Below, piece after piece: positions 1 through 13,121 of a stretch of 64,000 nucleotides of DNA. The stretch's first letter is position 1. Each line of letters opens with the position of its first letter. The translations under genes and the position numbers were made by a program. The notes beneath the pieces were generated by a model. That model did no database searches and was not told where the DNA came from. It was given only the letters and a program-made list of their open reading frames with translations. Origin of the DNA: the human T2T-CHM13v2.0 reference genome, Homo sapiens; assembly GCF_009914755.1 (NCBI RefSeq), contig NC_060931.1. One strand, written 5' to 3'.

Positions 1-261
1 GTCCTAACATCAATTTCTTGAACTCTTTGCCCTTACTGACTCTGGAAGTTGAGGGTGGGTCATGTCTCTGGCAATTATGATAATGATAATAAGGTGATTC
101 TGTGCTAATATTCATGAATAAGATTACAGTTCTATGTGAGGGAGAATGGAGGTAGTCAACAATAACAAAACTATGTATGTCTTGTCTCAAACTTATAAAA
201 GAATGCTGCATGTTGTAGGCCAGGTTCAGTTCTTCTGAGGGCCAGTGATCTAAGAAGAAAT

Positions 262-528
262 GGAGGGAGTTGTTAAAGGATATAGACTTACAGCTAGATA
301 GGAGGAGTAAGTTCTGGTGTTCTACACCACTGTAGTATGACTATAATTTACAATAATATGTAGTCTCAAACAGCTAGACGGAGGATATTGAATGTTCCCA
401 ACACAAATAAATTATAAATGAGATGATGGATATGCTAATTACCCTCATCTGATCACTACACTTTATAAGTATCAAAACATCACTATATACTCCATGAATA
501 TGTATACTTATTATTTGTCAATTGAAAG
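262..528 (+). mobile_element. L1MA-type 3' end fragment
   Basis: Typical L1MA 3'UTR phrases (gctagataggaggagtaagttctggtgttc, gatggatatgctaattaccctcatctgatcact, ttattatttgtcaatt). Confidence 0.75.
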
Positions 529-1988
529 ATTTTATAAAAGGACATGGAAACATGTTAATTAGCAAGGAATTTTTTATGTAACAGGGTGGAAGCTTGAGCG
601 CTGGTGGGAACTCTTCCCAAACACCCACATAAAAGTCACCTGAAAGGGGTACACTTCTCACCCCACCTGTGCTATATTCACCACCAAACCTTGGACACCA
701 ACAAAGGCAAGGAGGTGCCACTTGACTCTTGGTATCCTCAATCTCACTGAGATTCACCAAAGTGAAAGCCACTTCCAATGAGTCTGAGTGGTCCTTCTCT
801 TCCATCTTTCAGACCAAACCAGCATTTTGGGTTTAAGCTACAATTGAAGATTTTGTCTACCACTCACTATCTTTGAGAAATTCCCCTAATGTTTCTGAAC
901 TGCAACTGCCTCATCTGTAAATATTCTACTCATTTCATAGGACTGTTTTGAGGAGCAAACAAGATAAAATATAGAAAATGTTTAAAGATGAAGCACTGTA
1001 TAAATTTGATTTTGACATTCTTGGAATATTCAGGGTCTGGGAGTCAAGTGCAACTTAAATATGGACAGTGTGAAGTCTCTTAATTCTTGTCCTGGGCTGC
1101 AACAATATTTTTATCACCTACTAGCTTGATGGCCTGGCTTCTTTAAGTTTCATTTTCTCTGTTTGTAAAACAGCAGTAATAGTATCTCCCATTAAGCACT
1201 GTGGTGGTGATTAAATGAGTTTTACAAAATGCCTAATACATACCAAGTGCTTAATAATGGTAGCTATTAATATTTTTTTCTCTGGGTTGATTAATAGTTA
1301 CTAAATAAGACCCCCTTGGAGATAAAATTTACATATGAGGTCAGTGCCCCAAAATAAATTACTAAGCCACACTAGCAAAAAAGAAAGACAATCATTCCTG
1401 TCATTTTATTTATCTGAAAATATTATTCACATTATTTTGATGCCCAATTAAAACTGGAGAAAGTGAAGTAAGAATAATAGAATGGAGGGGCCCTGTCAAC
1501 CTTCATAGCTGAGTGTTGTGCTTAGTGGAAAGTTGAATTAAGATCTTTACATGACAACAAACTCAACAAGTAGTGCTTAATAAGCTTTCAGAGATTTGTT
1601 ACCTTATGATAAGTTTGAGACTAAATTTATGCAAAACTAATTTTATTAGCACAACAAAGAGCCTTTTTTTTTCTTTTGCCTTTAGTAGATCCAGTTAACC
1701 TTCTCAAACACAGAATGGAATTTCTTTTCTTTACAATTGTAGTTTGGCTTAATTGTATTAAACTTAAATGTGAAATTTGATGATAAAAGTTTCTATGATT
1801 CACCCATTTTTATTATACAATTAACTCAGTCTATGTAATATAATCTTATCTAATTAAATATGAAATCATCTGATAAACACTAGTAATAAATAATGTTTAA
1901 TGATGTCATTTTTTATTGTTAAAAAAAAGAAAAACAGGTTTCCTTTCAAATGTGTTCAGCTTTGACAGAAGTTAAAAATATATCTCTG

Positions 1989-2078
1989 GGCTGGGCGTGA
2001 TCCTGGGAAGTCGAGGCTGCAGTGAGCAGTGATTGCGCCACTGCACTCCAGCCTGGGCGACAGAGCGAGACTTTGCCT

Positions 2079-2108
<30 letters not shown>
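1989..2108 (+). mobile_element. Internally deleted Alu (Alu head fused to 3' end of right arm) with poly(A) tail
   Basis: ggctgggcgtg joined directly to cctgggaagtcgaggctgcagtgagc...gcactccagcctgggcgacagagcgagact, then ~29 A. Confidence 0.85.
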
Positions 2109-2125
<17 letters not shown>

Positions 2126-2161
2126 TATGGACAGAGAGAACTATCTATATCTAGCTATCTA
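2109..2161. repeat. (AT)n microsatellite and degenerate (CTAT)n
   Basis: (AT)10 directly after the Alu tail, followed by ctatctatatctagctatct. Confidence 0.85.
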
Positions 2162-2169
2162 TTTTGCCC

Positions 2170-3356
2170 CCAGGTGGCTGCTGAAGACAGCAGAAAGACA
2201 GAACCTGGTGCTCAGTGGCCAAGGCCATCTTGTGGGCCACCCGGCAGCCATCTTGGCCAAGTGGGTTCTGCTGGGAAGGAAACTGGTGGTCGAGCACCAC
2301 GAGGGCATCAACATTTCTGGCAATTTCTGGAGAAACAAATTAAAGTATCTGGCCTTCCTCTGCAAGCAGATGAGCACCAACCCTTCCCAAGGCCCCCCCG
2401 CCCCGCCATTCCTGGGCCCCCAGCGCATCTTTTGGTGGCCTTGCAGAACCAAGTGGGGCCAGGCTGCCCTGGACCACCTTATGGTGTTTTATGGGATCTC
2501 ACTGCCCTATGACAAGGTGGTTCCTGCTGCCCTTTAGGTTGTACGACTGAAGCCTACAAGAAAGTTTGCCTCCTTGGGGTGCCTGGCTCACGAGGTTGGC
2601 TGGAAATACCAGGTAGTGACAGCCACCATGGGGGAGAAGAGGAAGGAGAAGGCCAAGATGCACTACAGGAAGAAAAAGCAGCTCATGCGGCTGCAGAAAC
2701 AGGCCACAAAGAACGTGGAGAAGACAAATGACAAATACACAGAGGTCCTAAGACCGAGGGACTCCCTGTTTGAGACCAGTAAAGACTGTTTATTCCTCAT
2801 GCTTGGCCTGGCCTACCCTTCTGCCATTGCGACCTTGGGATATGGGGGAGCCTACCCTTCCTGCATCACCGCCCTGGGATGTGGGGGATCCAAGGGCAGC
2901 AATATAGGTGCCATGGGCAGCCTGGGACTTAAGCTGGGGGCAAGGGAAGGGCCTTAGTCACTGCCTTTCTATAAGGTTATTTTAAACAGCTCTAAGATTT
3001 GTACAGGAATAATTTGTCTATGACCTACTTGTTCAGGACAGAGTTTTAGAAAACCAATAGAGCAACCAGTTACTTTGGTTTTAATATTGGCAAAAGGGAC
3101 CTGGAACATTAATTGGAGGGAGCCCCGCCTCGTGAAAGGGGCATCTCTTTTTAACTCCCACCTTCGCGTGCTATACTCTGTGGCTGTTATAATATGAAAA
3201 AGTGCTTAGGGACAGCATGATCTTACTGTTATTCAAAGGATATTATAGAGAAGCTTAGACTAGGAAGATGTGTGACCAAGAGGTGGCAGGGGTCGCCCTT
3301 GCTCCTTCCCTGTATTTTGTGATCAGAATGAAATAAATTACTTTCAAAGAAAAAAA
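2170..3356 (+). pseudogene. RPL13AP17: Processed RPL13A (uL13) pseudogene, probably RPL13AP17, antisense within a MAGI2 intron
   Basis: Intronless translation matches RPL13A ([67 protein letters not shown]). ATG changed to ACA at 2187, in-frame TAG at 2535-2537, late frameshift near 2749. 3'UTR runs to AATAAA 3332-3337 and an A-rich tail at 3346-3356. RPL13A origin is certain; the P17 number is recalled from its location in MAGI2. Confidence 0.9.
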
Positions 3357-4540
3357 TAGTTCTTATCCACCTTTTTTGTTCATAAACTTATCCTTTATCT
3401 TTAGAAATGCCCTTTTAATGTTAATATCAGCCCTCATGTCTTTGGATATCAAGTATATTTATATTTTTTTCCTACAGCTTGGTAAAAAGAATCCATGATA
3501 ATAATTCGCCCTTCTGAGAGGCCTTCTTTCCATAACACTCACATGATGGGATTGTTAAAATCATTAAAATAAAAGAATGGTAATATATGTTACTGTCCAA
3601 CCAAACAAAAAGTAGAAATGGAAAGAAAATGCTTTAAAAATTTTAAGTATTCTTTGATCAGCAACTGTAATGAGAAAATGCAGAGGCTTACAGAAAAAAG
3701 GCCAAATTTATTCTTGTTAACATAAAGTGGCAGTGAGTTAAAAGAGATCTTAGCAATCACCTAATCCAAACCATTCATTTAACAAATAAAAGCCAGAGAG
3801 GTTAAATGTAATTTTGCACTAACCTCTAAATTCAAAATTGTGGATGGAAAAAACATAAGCTATTACTAACATTGTGATTTATGACACACAAAAGGAATTT
3901 TGAAAAACATTCCCTGCATATTGATAAAGAGATGAATTATAGTTCTCATGTGGGGATGAGGTAGTAATGTATTTTACCCAGTTAGGGTAAAACATCTTCT
4001 GTTTCATTATTCAATTATAGGATGCCCAAAGAATAATATCAGTCTGCATTGGTTTGACTTCCTCAGTTTGACTAAGTTCCTTCATACCTTTAACATTGTC
4101 GGCATCTCTTTAGGCTGAATGTGATCACAGTTATGTATCTATTAAAGATCTAGAAGATGCAAATGCCAGCCAACTACTTTAATTCCAGAAAGAATTATTT
4201 TCCAACACCAAAGGAAAAAAAAGTGGCAGTGTTGTTTAATATGCCAGTCACCAAGAGGATAGGATCTTGAGGAAATGTTAGGGTAATTTTGACTCAGCCA
4301 TTTTCACTTTATGTGCTAACTTTAGAACTTAATCTCAGTCTAAGATATGATTCCAAAGTATGTAATGATACAGATTGTTAGCATGAGACAATCTGCAGTT
4401 CACGCACAAGAAGCAGAGCATGTTTAATCTCGAGAGAGGAAAACTAATAAGCTATATGAGCTAACTGTTTCACAAATAATAGAATAATCATCATCTACCT
4501 GTCATAGAACACTGCCTTGGTGAGTGGCAAACAGGATTGT

Positions 4541-4583
4541 CCAATGAAAGATGCTAGCAGTGTTTTCTGGGTTGCCTAGCAAT
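4541..4583. promoter_or_regulatory. Candidate RFX X-box with nearby CCAAT
   Basis: GTTGCCTAGCAAT at 4571-4583 (one mismatch from GTTGCCTAGCAAC); CCAAT at 4541. Motif match only. Confidence 0.35.
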
Positions 4584-5011
4584 GAGCTACCTGGGACAGG
4601 GGTCCCCTCTTCCAGCAGGAGGGACAGCACTGCTCACGCAGCTCACATCCAGCTCCAAAAGTTGTCTGCAACTCTCTTAATCAACAATTCCCCAAGTTCA
4701 GACTGTCTTCCCCGCCTTCACAAGGCCATTCTCGAGTTCTCATGGTCCTATAAAAATGATGGAGTAGAAGGAAGGAGCATGGTCCTTCTTTGGCAGCAGA
4801 GAACATGGTGTCTCCAGCTGTGAGCATTCCTGCCCTCTCTTCCTGGGACGTCAAGGGGTCAGGGTCTGTGTACTGCACACTGTTACCTTCTGCCAGGAAG
4901 TTTCCCTGCTTCTGTACTACCCTGTGTGCTATTGTGCTATTTGTCTATGCTTAGCCTCTCCAGAAGTGCCTAAACAAGGGCCTGATTTGTTAGATTCATA
5001 AAAAATGCTTG

Positions 5012-5305
5012 GGCCAGGCGTGGTGGCTCACTCCTGTAATCCTAGCACTTTGGGAGGCTGAGGCGGGTGGATCACGAGGTCAGGAGTTCAAGACCAGCCC
5101 GGCCAAGATGGTGAAACCCCGTTTCTACTAAAAATACAAAAATTAGCCGGGTGTGGTGGCAGGTGCCTGTAATCCCAGCTACTTGGGGGGCTGAGGCAGA
5201 GAACTGCTTGAAACCGGGAGGCGGAGGTTGCAGTGAGCCAAGATCGTGCCACTGCACTCCAGCCTGGGCGACAGAGTGAGACTCCATCTCAAAAAAAAAA
5301 AAAAA
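5012..5305 (+). mobile_element. AluS (Sg-like), full length
   Basis: Dimeric Alu with central A-linker and A tail; TSD-like aaaaa(t)gcttg on both sides. Confidence 0.95.
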
Positions 5306-5884
5306 GCTTGAAGACAAATACAACCCCCCTCCCCCCCACAAAATGTGTTTATGTTGCAGTTATCTTTATTTACAAATATATTCTCAAAGAAATGTTGGTG
5401 TGAGAGGAATGGTTCCTTTGCTTTTTATTATTGGCTTTAGGACAAAGAAAATAATGTTTGAGAGTTATAAAAATTGTTTGTAAAAAAGAACATTTATATA
5501 CATAACTGATGTCAAGGTGAATAATTCATTGTTATTTGTAAAAGTCCATCTGCAATTAAACCAATTTAAACTTCTGGGTGCCTAAAACATTCTCTATGTG
5601 GAACCAGAAGATTTGTTAAGTAAGGTTGTTGATAAGATGTAAGAGTCGCTAATAAAAGTGTATTTAATTACAGAGTCAAGTTTTCATCCCTTCAGTTTAA
5701 GGGTGGCGGAGTATGAGTAGGATAGAGAGCAAATGTCGATTCTGCTAGAATGAGCCAGCAATGGTGAAGTGTCTCACAGCAGGAAAAACGACCTCTAACT
5801 TCAGAAACAGGGAGATGAAGCACCTCCAGATCTTGCCTGGATGGTAGTGGTGAGAAGAGAGACTGGACGGGAGACTTCTTTTCA

Positions 5885-6286
<402 letters not shown>

Positions 6287-7110
6287 TCAAGAGCCGGTTG
6301 AAGTTTTCATGAGTGAGTAGTACAGAGGGTCGGGGAGGTAAGTGGGAATTATCAACTATGAACTATCAGAAAAGTTAAGAGCATGTGTGTGGAGCTAGGA
6401 GACCCCCTAACTTACTGCTGGGAATCTTAGCGACTCATGTCTCGTGAGGCCTGATGACTGGTTTTATCCAGGCTAGGAGAAATGATGCCCCAAATTATAA
6501 AATCAGCCTGAGTCAGCTAGAAGGACGTAAAACGTTAAACCAGTCATAAGTTAAGGTCAAATAAGTTAATAAAAAAACTAGCTCTAGTTCAGTTAGAGGT
6601 AGGACACTCAATATTTGTTTTGATATCCATGCTCCTTTTGTTCAACTATAAAGTGGAGTTTACTGATTTATGCTTGTTGAATAGAGGAAAATATGTTGTA
6701 AAGTATAAAAATTGAACAAACTTATTAACATAAAAATATAGCTACTCTACTGAGAGGCTGTTTTTTTGTTCTAAATGGCATCAGCATCGCTTCGACCTTA
6801 TCAGTCATATTCCCTTAGAAAACTCAGTTAACTCCTTAGAGATTTGATCTTCTCCTTTGTACATGTTGTGACTGTCATCCGGGATGATGGATGTAAAAGC
6901 ATATTAAAATAAAAGTTAAAATAAAAGTAGAAGTTAAAATAATGCCTTACACATTGGTATATCTACTATTATTATAACAAATTCCCAGCTATATGAGATG
7001 ATACATATTCTAGATAATTATGACAATATAACCTCCTTATGAATGACTGAAGGCTCAACGCCTTTGGAAGCCATTTTCTGCAGCTACGGAATTGTTAATA
7101 ATTCTGAGGA

Positions 7111-7498
<388 letters not shown>

Positions 7499-7669
7499 TC
7501 AAAGTTTCTCTTAGAATTGTTCACTTTTTGAAGTATACTGTAATCATGAAAGTATTGAAAAAGCAAGTAATGCCAAAAGGAGAAGCTTTCTACATATTAT
7601 TGGTATATACAAGATTAAAAATTACTAACATTTATTGAACAGTTACTGAACATACCTATGTTAAGTGCT

Positions 7670-7875
7670 AAATACCAACTCTGGAATAAGACCGCTTAGG
7701 TTCAAATTCTGGCTCTATTATATAGTACTTATAAAAATATCTATAGCTCAGTTTCCTTACCTATAAAATAGGGATAATAAAACAGACTTTCTAGAGTTTC
7801 TGGAAAGATTAAATCAGCTAGTACATGTAAATCACTTAGAATAATACTTGGCATGCACGAAGTGCACAATAAGCG
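7670..7875 (+). mobile_element. MIR
   Basis: ggttcaaattctggctct...ctcagtttccttacctataaaatagggataata...ttagaataatacttggcat core. Confidence 0.75.
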
Positions 7876-9304
7876 TTCCTCCGCTCCCCTCCCCTTCCTC
7901 ATTTCTTTCTCGTCTTTTCCTCCTCCTCCTCCCTCCTCCTTCTTCTCTATAATCTGCCTACTCAAGATCTCACAGCTGGCGAGCTACAGGGCTAGCACAC
8001 TGTGCAACTCTGCAGCCCATACTTTTGGCCACTAAGTGGCCAAAATTGATGTGTGCAAATTCTGTTTATAAGATTTAGAGCTTTCCTTAGTGAGATTTTA
8101 AAAGGGTATTCTTTTATGTTTATTTCTAATTGGAAATGTTTCATATGTTTACTGACTTTTTATAAACTTTAAAGTTAGGAACTTTTTTTCCTAGAAAATT
8201 TAGAAAGCTACTCAAAGCCATGAAGCATTATTAAGATAAGATATTGAGTTCAAGTTCTCTCTAACCACTTCCCAACTTGCTACATCATGATGGATACTCA
8301 CCACTAACCATGAAATGAATGCAATTTTCCATTTACATTAAATGTTACATTCAAGATATTATGCAGTATTTTTCATACTTTCTGGAATTGCATACAAATA
8401 ATGTTTTATAGTAGCAGATGTGTGACATCACATGAAAAACTTGTAAAACCTTTACATGAAAATCACACCTGCCAGTCTCCACTATCATTTTAACTACAGT
8501 TATATGGTTTGCTTCTCTGTCTCTGCCAGAGAAGGCAGCTTTGCATGAAAGCTGTCCCAGCAAATCGTGTCTTCTGGACCAGCAGCTAGTTAAGCAAATT
8601 GTGTAACTGCCATTAAAACCAAAATGTACCCTGCAGACATAATTTCACTAAAGAGGAGAGAGAACCACATTTGTACAAAAGTCACAGCTGTTCAACTCTC
8701 CATTTTGCACATTGTTATTAAAAAATTTTCCTATCTTTATGAACAGTGACAGTTACATTCCTAGTTAGCAATTTTAGGACTTCTTAATACGTAGTGCTAA
8801 GTGCTGCACCATCACGGATTTGGTGTCTGTCAGGAAAAATTGGGCTAAGTTCTTTCTGCTGCTACATAGAGTCAGAACTTGGTCTGTTTACACAGACAGC
8901 AGATAAAATTTAAAAAGATGTTGAGTAGGGCCCATTGTTTTCTAAAATAGCTGTGTGTTGCCTCTACTAATCCAAATGAGGGCCAACATTTCTATGTTAA
9001 GGTCCAAACAATAAGGATTCCCTTTCTTTCACATCTTGCTCTCGGTGGCCATGTTGTCCAGGGCTACTCCAAAGTGGTGGGTAATGGAGCTGGTGGCTCA
9101 GAATGCCTGGGTCAGCAGCCTGTCTCATGAGGCTCTGCATGCAGCATGACCTCACATTGTTGGGCATTCTGCTGTAGAACGGTATGACAGGGAGGCCAGG
9201 GAGGAGATGTTCTTGAGGAATCCCTCATTCTTCTCCAGGGATGGGTCCCAAAGCCTTGTTCAGACCATTATGGGTTATAAATGCGAAATTTATAGCAGGC
9301 ATTT

Positions 9305-9545
9305 TGGGTAAGAGTTTGGAGTCTGGGCTCTGCAGTCAAACTGCCTGGGTCCAAATTTCAGCCCCTCATCTCAATAATGTGTGGTTCTGGATAAGTTACT
9401 TAACTTCTTTAGCCAGGGTTTCCTCATCTGTAAACTTAAGACAATTTAGCTCATTATCACTATAGAGAGAATTATAAATGTGATAGAAACTGTTAAGCAC
9501 TGAGCCCAGTTAATGGCACATACTAAGCACTCAATAAAGGTTAAC
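9305..9545 (+). mobile_element. MIR
   Basis: ctgcctgggtccaaatttcagc...aagttacttaacttc...tttcctcatctgtaaa...taagcactcaataaa. Confidence 0.75.
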
Positions 9546-10992
9546 AATTTCCATGACATGATTATGACCTTTCTGGTTCTTGAATATATTAAACCTACAA
9601 TCTTAAAATTGAATTTGCAGGGGATAGAACAGTGGCATAGTAGGGTAAAGACAGTTATAGTGGTCAAAGCCTGCTCAATCCAGGTTTCTCATTTTCTAGC
9701 TGTTTAAATTCTCTTCTGCTATTGATTGTTGCAATTGCTATTTGCTTGTCTGTGGCTGAGAGGAAAATGTGTGTTTATGCAACTGTGCTAGAGACATTAC
9801 ACTGATTTCAATCTGATGTCACAGAGCCCAACCTGTAACTTCTGTTCCCAGTTGTTGGTCTATCTGAAGAGAGGTGCTAACTGCTAAATTGGACCTCTTG
9901 TGTCCATGCACGTAAGCTTTTTTTGCTACTGGGTTGGAAGGTGGAATCTTTTTCATATCTTGTAAAGAGTACCTCCAATTGTATGAATGGGTGTGTAATT
10001 AAACATAAGACTGATAGCTGTACAGAGAATCCACTGCTCATTATCACTAATGGCATTAGTAAATCAACATTTTCTTGACTATATATTAACAAAAAAGATA
10101 TTGCTTGTTATATTAACTAAATATTAATATTACCAATTAAAAATATAATTCCTTAAGATATTAATGCTATCACTATAATTATGAATGGAATCTTAACCTA
10201 GACAGTTTTTATTTTATATTTATAATACATATACCGAAAATGTGGAGATAGCAACTTAACTTAGACTAGACATTTACTAATCTTTTATGGTAAGAAATTA
10301 GTTGACTTTCTTCTTCCAACAAAAACACTCTACATACTGAAAGTGATGAATAACCTCTATGTTTACATATGTATTCTTATAGTTTCCATAAAGAAGGCTA
10401 CTATTCAGAACCAATATATACCTTGTGAAAATAATAGTGCAATAGAGATGAGATACAGAATTAAAACAAACCATGTAAATAAGTGTATTCCAATTAAAAT
10501 ATTTGACAAGATTTTTGGGATGATGGAAGATATCCCCCATCTCAAGTAATGTATACATCATATACAATAACAGGTATTTTAGTTATGTTTATGAAGTTTT
10601 TCAAGAAGATGTTTCCAATAAATATTGGGATAATATTCTACTTAACGTTGTCTTTAAGTTTGAATTATCTGTTTATTTGTCTCAGTTTTCTGTGTGGCCT
10701 GCTACACCCACACACCTAATTACTGACACTGGTCAACTCTATAAAATCATGTAATGGGGACAAGACCATGACAAATAATAGAACTGAATGTAACGGGAAG
10801 AAAATTAAACTATTTTGACCCACTGTGACCTGTATATACAACCTCCCGATCACTTAAAATCTAAAACTATTAAACATGTCAGCCTGATCTAATTATAGAA
10901 CACATGACTGACTACATTCTATATAATACTCTGACAATGGCTGTGTTACATGGAAAATGAAGTTGAGAAATGTACACAGAAGTATAATGTAG

Positions 10993-10996
<4 letters not shown>

Positions 10997-11035
<39 letters not shown>
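10997..11035. repeat. (AC)19 microsatellite
   Basis: Perfect dinucleotide run. Confidence 0.97.
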
Positions 11036-11037
<2 letters not shown>

Positions 11038-11322
11038 TTTGAAGTACAAAGATAAGAAAAATTTTCGTTTAGGGTTACAGCCAGTGTCCAATTTCATAAT
11101 TAGTTATAAAGGATCTACCAGCAGCAGATCTTCACTTGCAGAACACACATCTCGATGATCAAGAAGGGATGAAGCATAGCTTTCTGACACAGGGGTGTCT
11201 TGCCTCTCTGTTAGATGATTAGGACAGAGAAGAAAGGTTTTAGTTAAATCCTCTCCTGCATTGGAAGTTAGCTTGAAAGGAGCTGAAGATATGAAAAAAC
11301 AATCGGAAGAATTAAAATAGGG

Positions 11323-11528
11323 CAGGGGCCAGCAAACTACGACCTGCAGGCAAGATTTGACCAGCTGCCTGTTTTTGTAAATAAAGTTTTATTGGAACGT
11401 AGCTGATGTTGCTGATGGTTGCTTTCAAGCTACAACAGCAGAGCTAAGCAGTTATAACAGAGGCCGTATTGTCCTCCACCCCAAATATTTGCTATCTGGG
11501 TTTTTATGGATTTTGCCAACATATGGAC
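11323..11528. mobile_element. MER58A-like hAT-Charlie MITE
   Basis: caggggccagcaaactacgacctgc...gcctgtttttgtaaataaagttttattggaac...tttgccaac. Confidence 0.8.
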
Positions 11529-13063
11529 TAAGGAGTGGTTCTTTTTCAATGATTCTGTGAGGAAATATACTAAAGATAAGATGTGATATGCCTCACACTC
11601 AGTTCTCTTTCCTTACATGGAATTTCCTTGAATATCGGATGTAGTAGGCTTAGACACAGTACAGTTTGATTCAGTGAATTAAGACAAGCTAGCATTTATT
11701 TGAAATATTTAGTGTTATATTTATTTAGGGACCGTAACTATGTTATTTAAAACATATAGGTACTTTAATTCATCAGCAATCTAGTGGGACACAGAGGCCT
11801 TATAACTGTTTATAAATGATGTCCCTTTATTTTTGCAGTTAGAGATACCTCTATGTATTTATCTTACTTTTTTTGTATTTGTTCAGTGTCCATGTGACAC
11901 CATACATTAGATACTATGCTAGCAGATTGCATGTGGAAAATGAGCTGAATTCACCTTGACTGTGAATCTGGAAATGACTGTGGAGCCAAAATTGGGGCTT
12001 TTCCAAATGAAAATGATGGGTGAAAGTAGTTAAGACAAGTGCTCCTGAGGGAGATACTCAAGGGCAGAGAGCACACAGATTTTACTTATCTGTACATTTT
12101 CAGTGCCAAGAATGGCATGACACCTAATAAAAGCTCAGTAACCGTTTTTGAATATTGTTACAAAAACAATTTAGCACTAAAGCCAACCTGTAACTCTTGA
12201 CCATCTGTAACTATTAAACAGAATGTGGTTGGAAAAAACAAAGTAGGATCTTGATGAACAATGTGAAAGTCTTTTGTTTTTCAACCTCTGGATTTCTTGG
12301 GTAGTATTTCCCATAAGGAATATGTAGGCTTTGTTATTCACCCAAATAACTTTAGGAACATTATACGATAGATAAGAATGAAAAACAATCGTCTGTTTGG
12401 AGAGAGTTCTAGAAAAATAAATCACATATTTAACTTTTGAAAATTATGAATATTACTTGATTTCCCAAGAAAAATATGTGTATATAATTTAACCCTGAAT
12501 AGTGTATTTGTTCCGAATAAAAGGATGCATGGGGGGATAATTCATACCATGACAAATTATTGCAATGTAACCTCCAATAGGTAACATAAAAGTCCAATGT
12601 ACCGAAAGAATACTGTTGATTTGGAATGAGGTCCCAAAAAAGAAAAAAAATCTAAATTTTATTTTATTTTTCAACTAAAAAATATGTCTGATTCATTTAA
12701 TTGACTTCGAAATCTGTTTTAATAGAACATCTCATTTGCACAACCAGTCAGCTCCCAACATTTTGATTGCAAAATGAAAGGCATTTACTTTGATATCTTT
12801 AATTATCACTCATTTAGAGGACAGTGTGAAACACACTTTTTCAATTGGTGTTTTAGAATCGTTGAGTCAAAGGAAAGGAATGACAAATTAGCCAGCTGGA
12901 GAGGAAAGAAACAGCTAGCTAGTGCTGCTAGTCTTGGTGGATACTTCAAAGTAAGATGAAAGGGAAATGAAGGGGCTGTGAGCCACACATGCTCAATAAA
13001 TAAAATACTAACATAATTTCACAACATATTAATAACAAGTTAATATCACACTTAGAGACTTAC

Positions 13064-13121
13064 TCAACATAATAAGTGCCATAAATGGGATCATCGATTT
13101 TTTCCCAGCCATATGGAAGCT
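13064..13121 (-). CDS. MAGI2: MAGI2 internal coding exon (58 nt, probably exon 7), N-terminal half of WW domain 2
   Basis: Reverse complement reads AG CTT CCA TAT GGC TGG GAA AAA ATC GAT GAT CCC ATT TAT GGC ACT TAT TAT GTT GA = (E)[18 protein letters not shown](D). Flanked by acceptor ctctttatttttcag (AG = 13123-13122) and donor gtaagt (13063-13058). Peptide matches MAGI2 WW2 as recalled (MAGI1 has LPAGWEKIEDPVYGI, MAGI3 [15 protein letters not shown]). Phase 1 in, phase 2 out. Confidence 0.95.

Noticed and set aside
518-805. 95-aa minus-strand ORF (MEEKDHSD...)
   Set aside because: No recognisable domain, no match to MAGI2 as I know it, and it ends in an L1 tail; length is compatible with chance.
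2022-2537. 171-aa and 159-aa ORFs starting in the Alu fragment
   Set aside because: Non-ATG starts, poly-Lys from the Alu tail and (IY)n from a microsatellite; they are Alu-pseudogene read-throughs, not a gene.
2170-3356. snoRNAs hosted by RPL13A (SNORD32A/33/34/35A)
   Set aside because: They are intronic in the parent gene and this copy has no introns.
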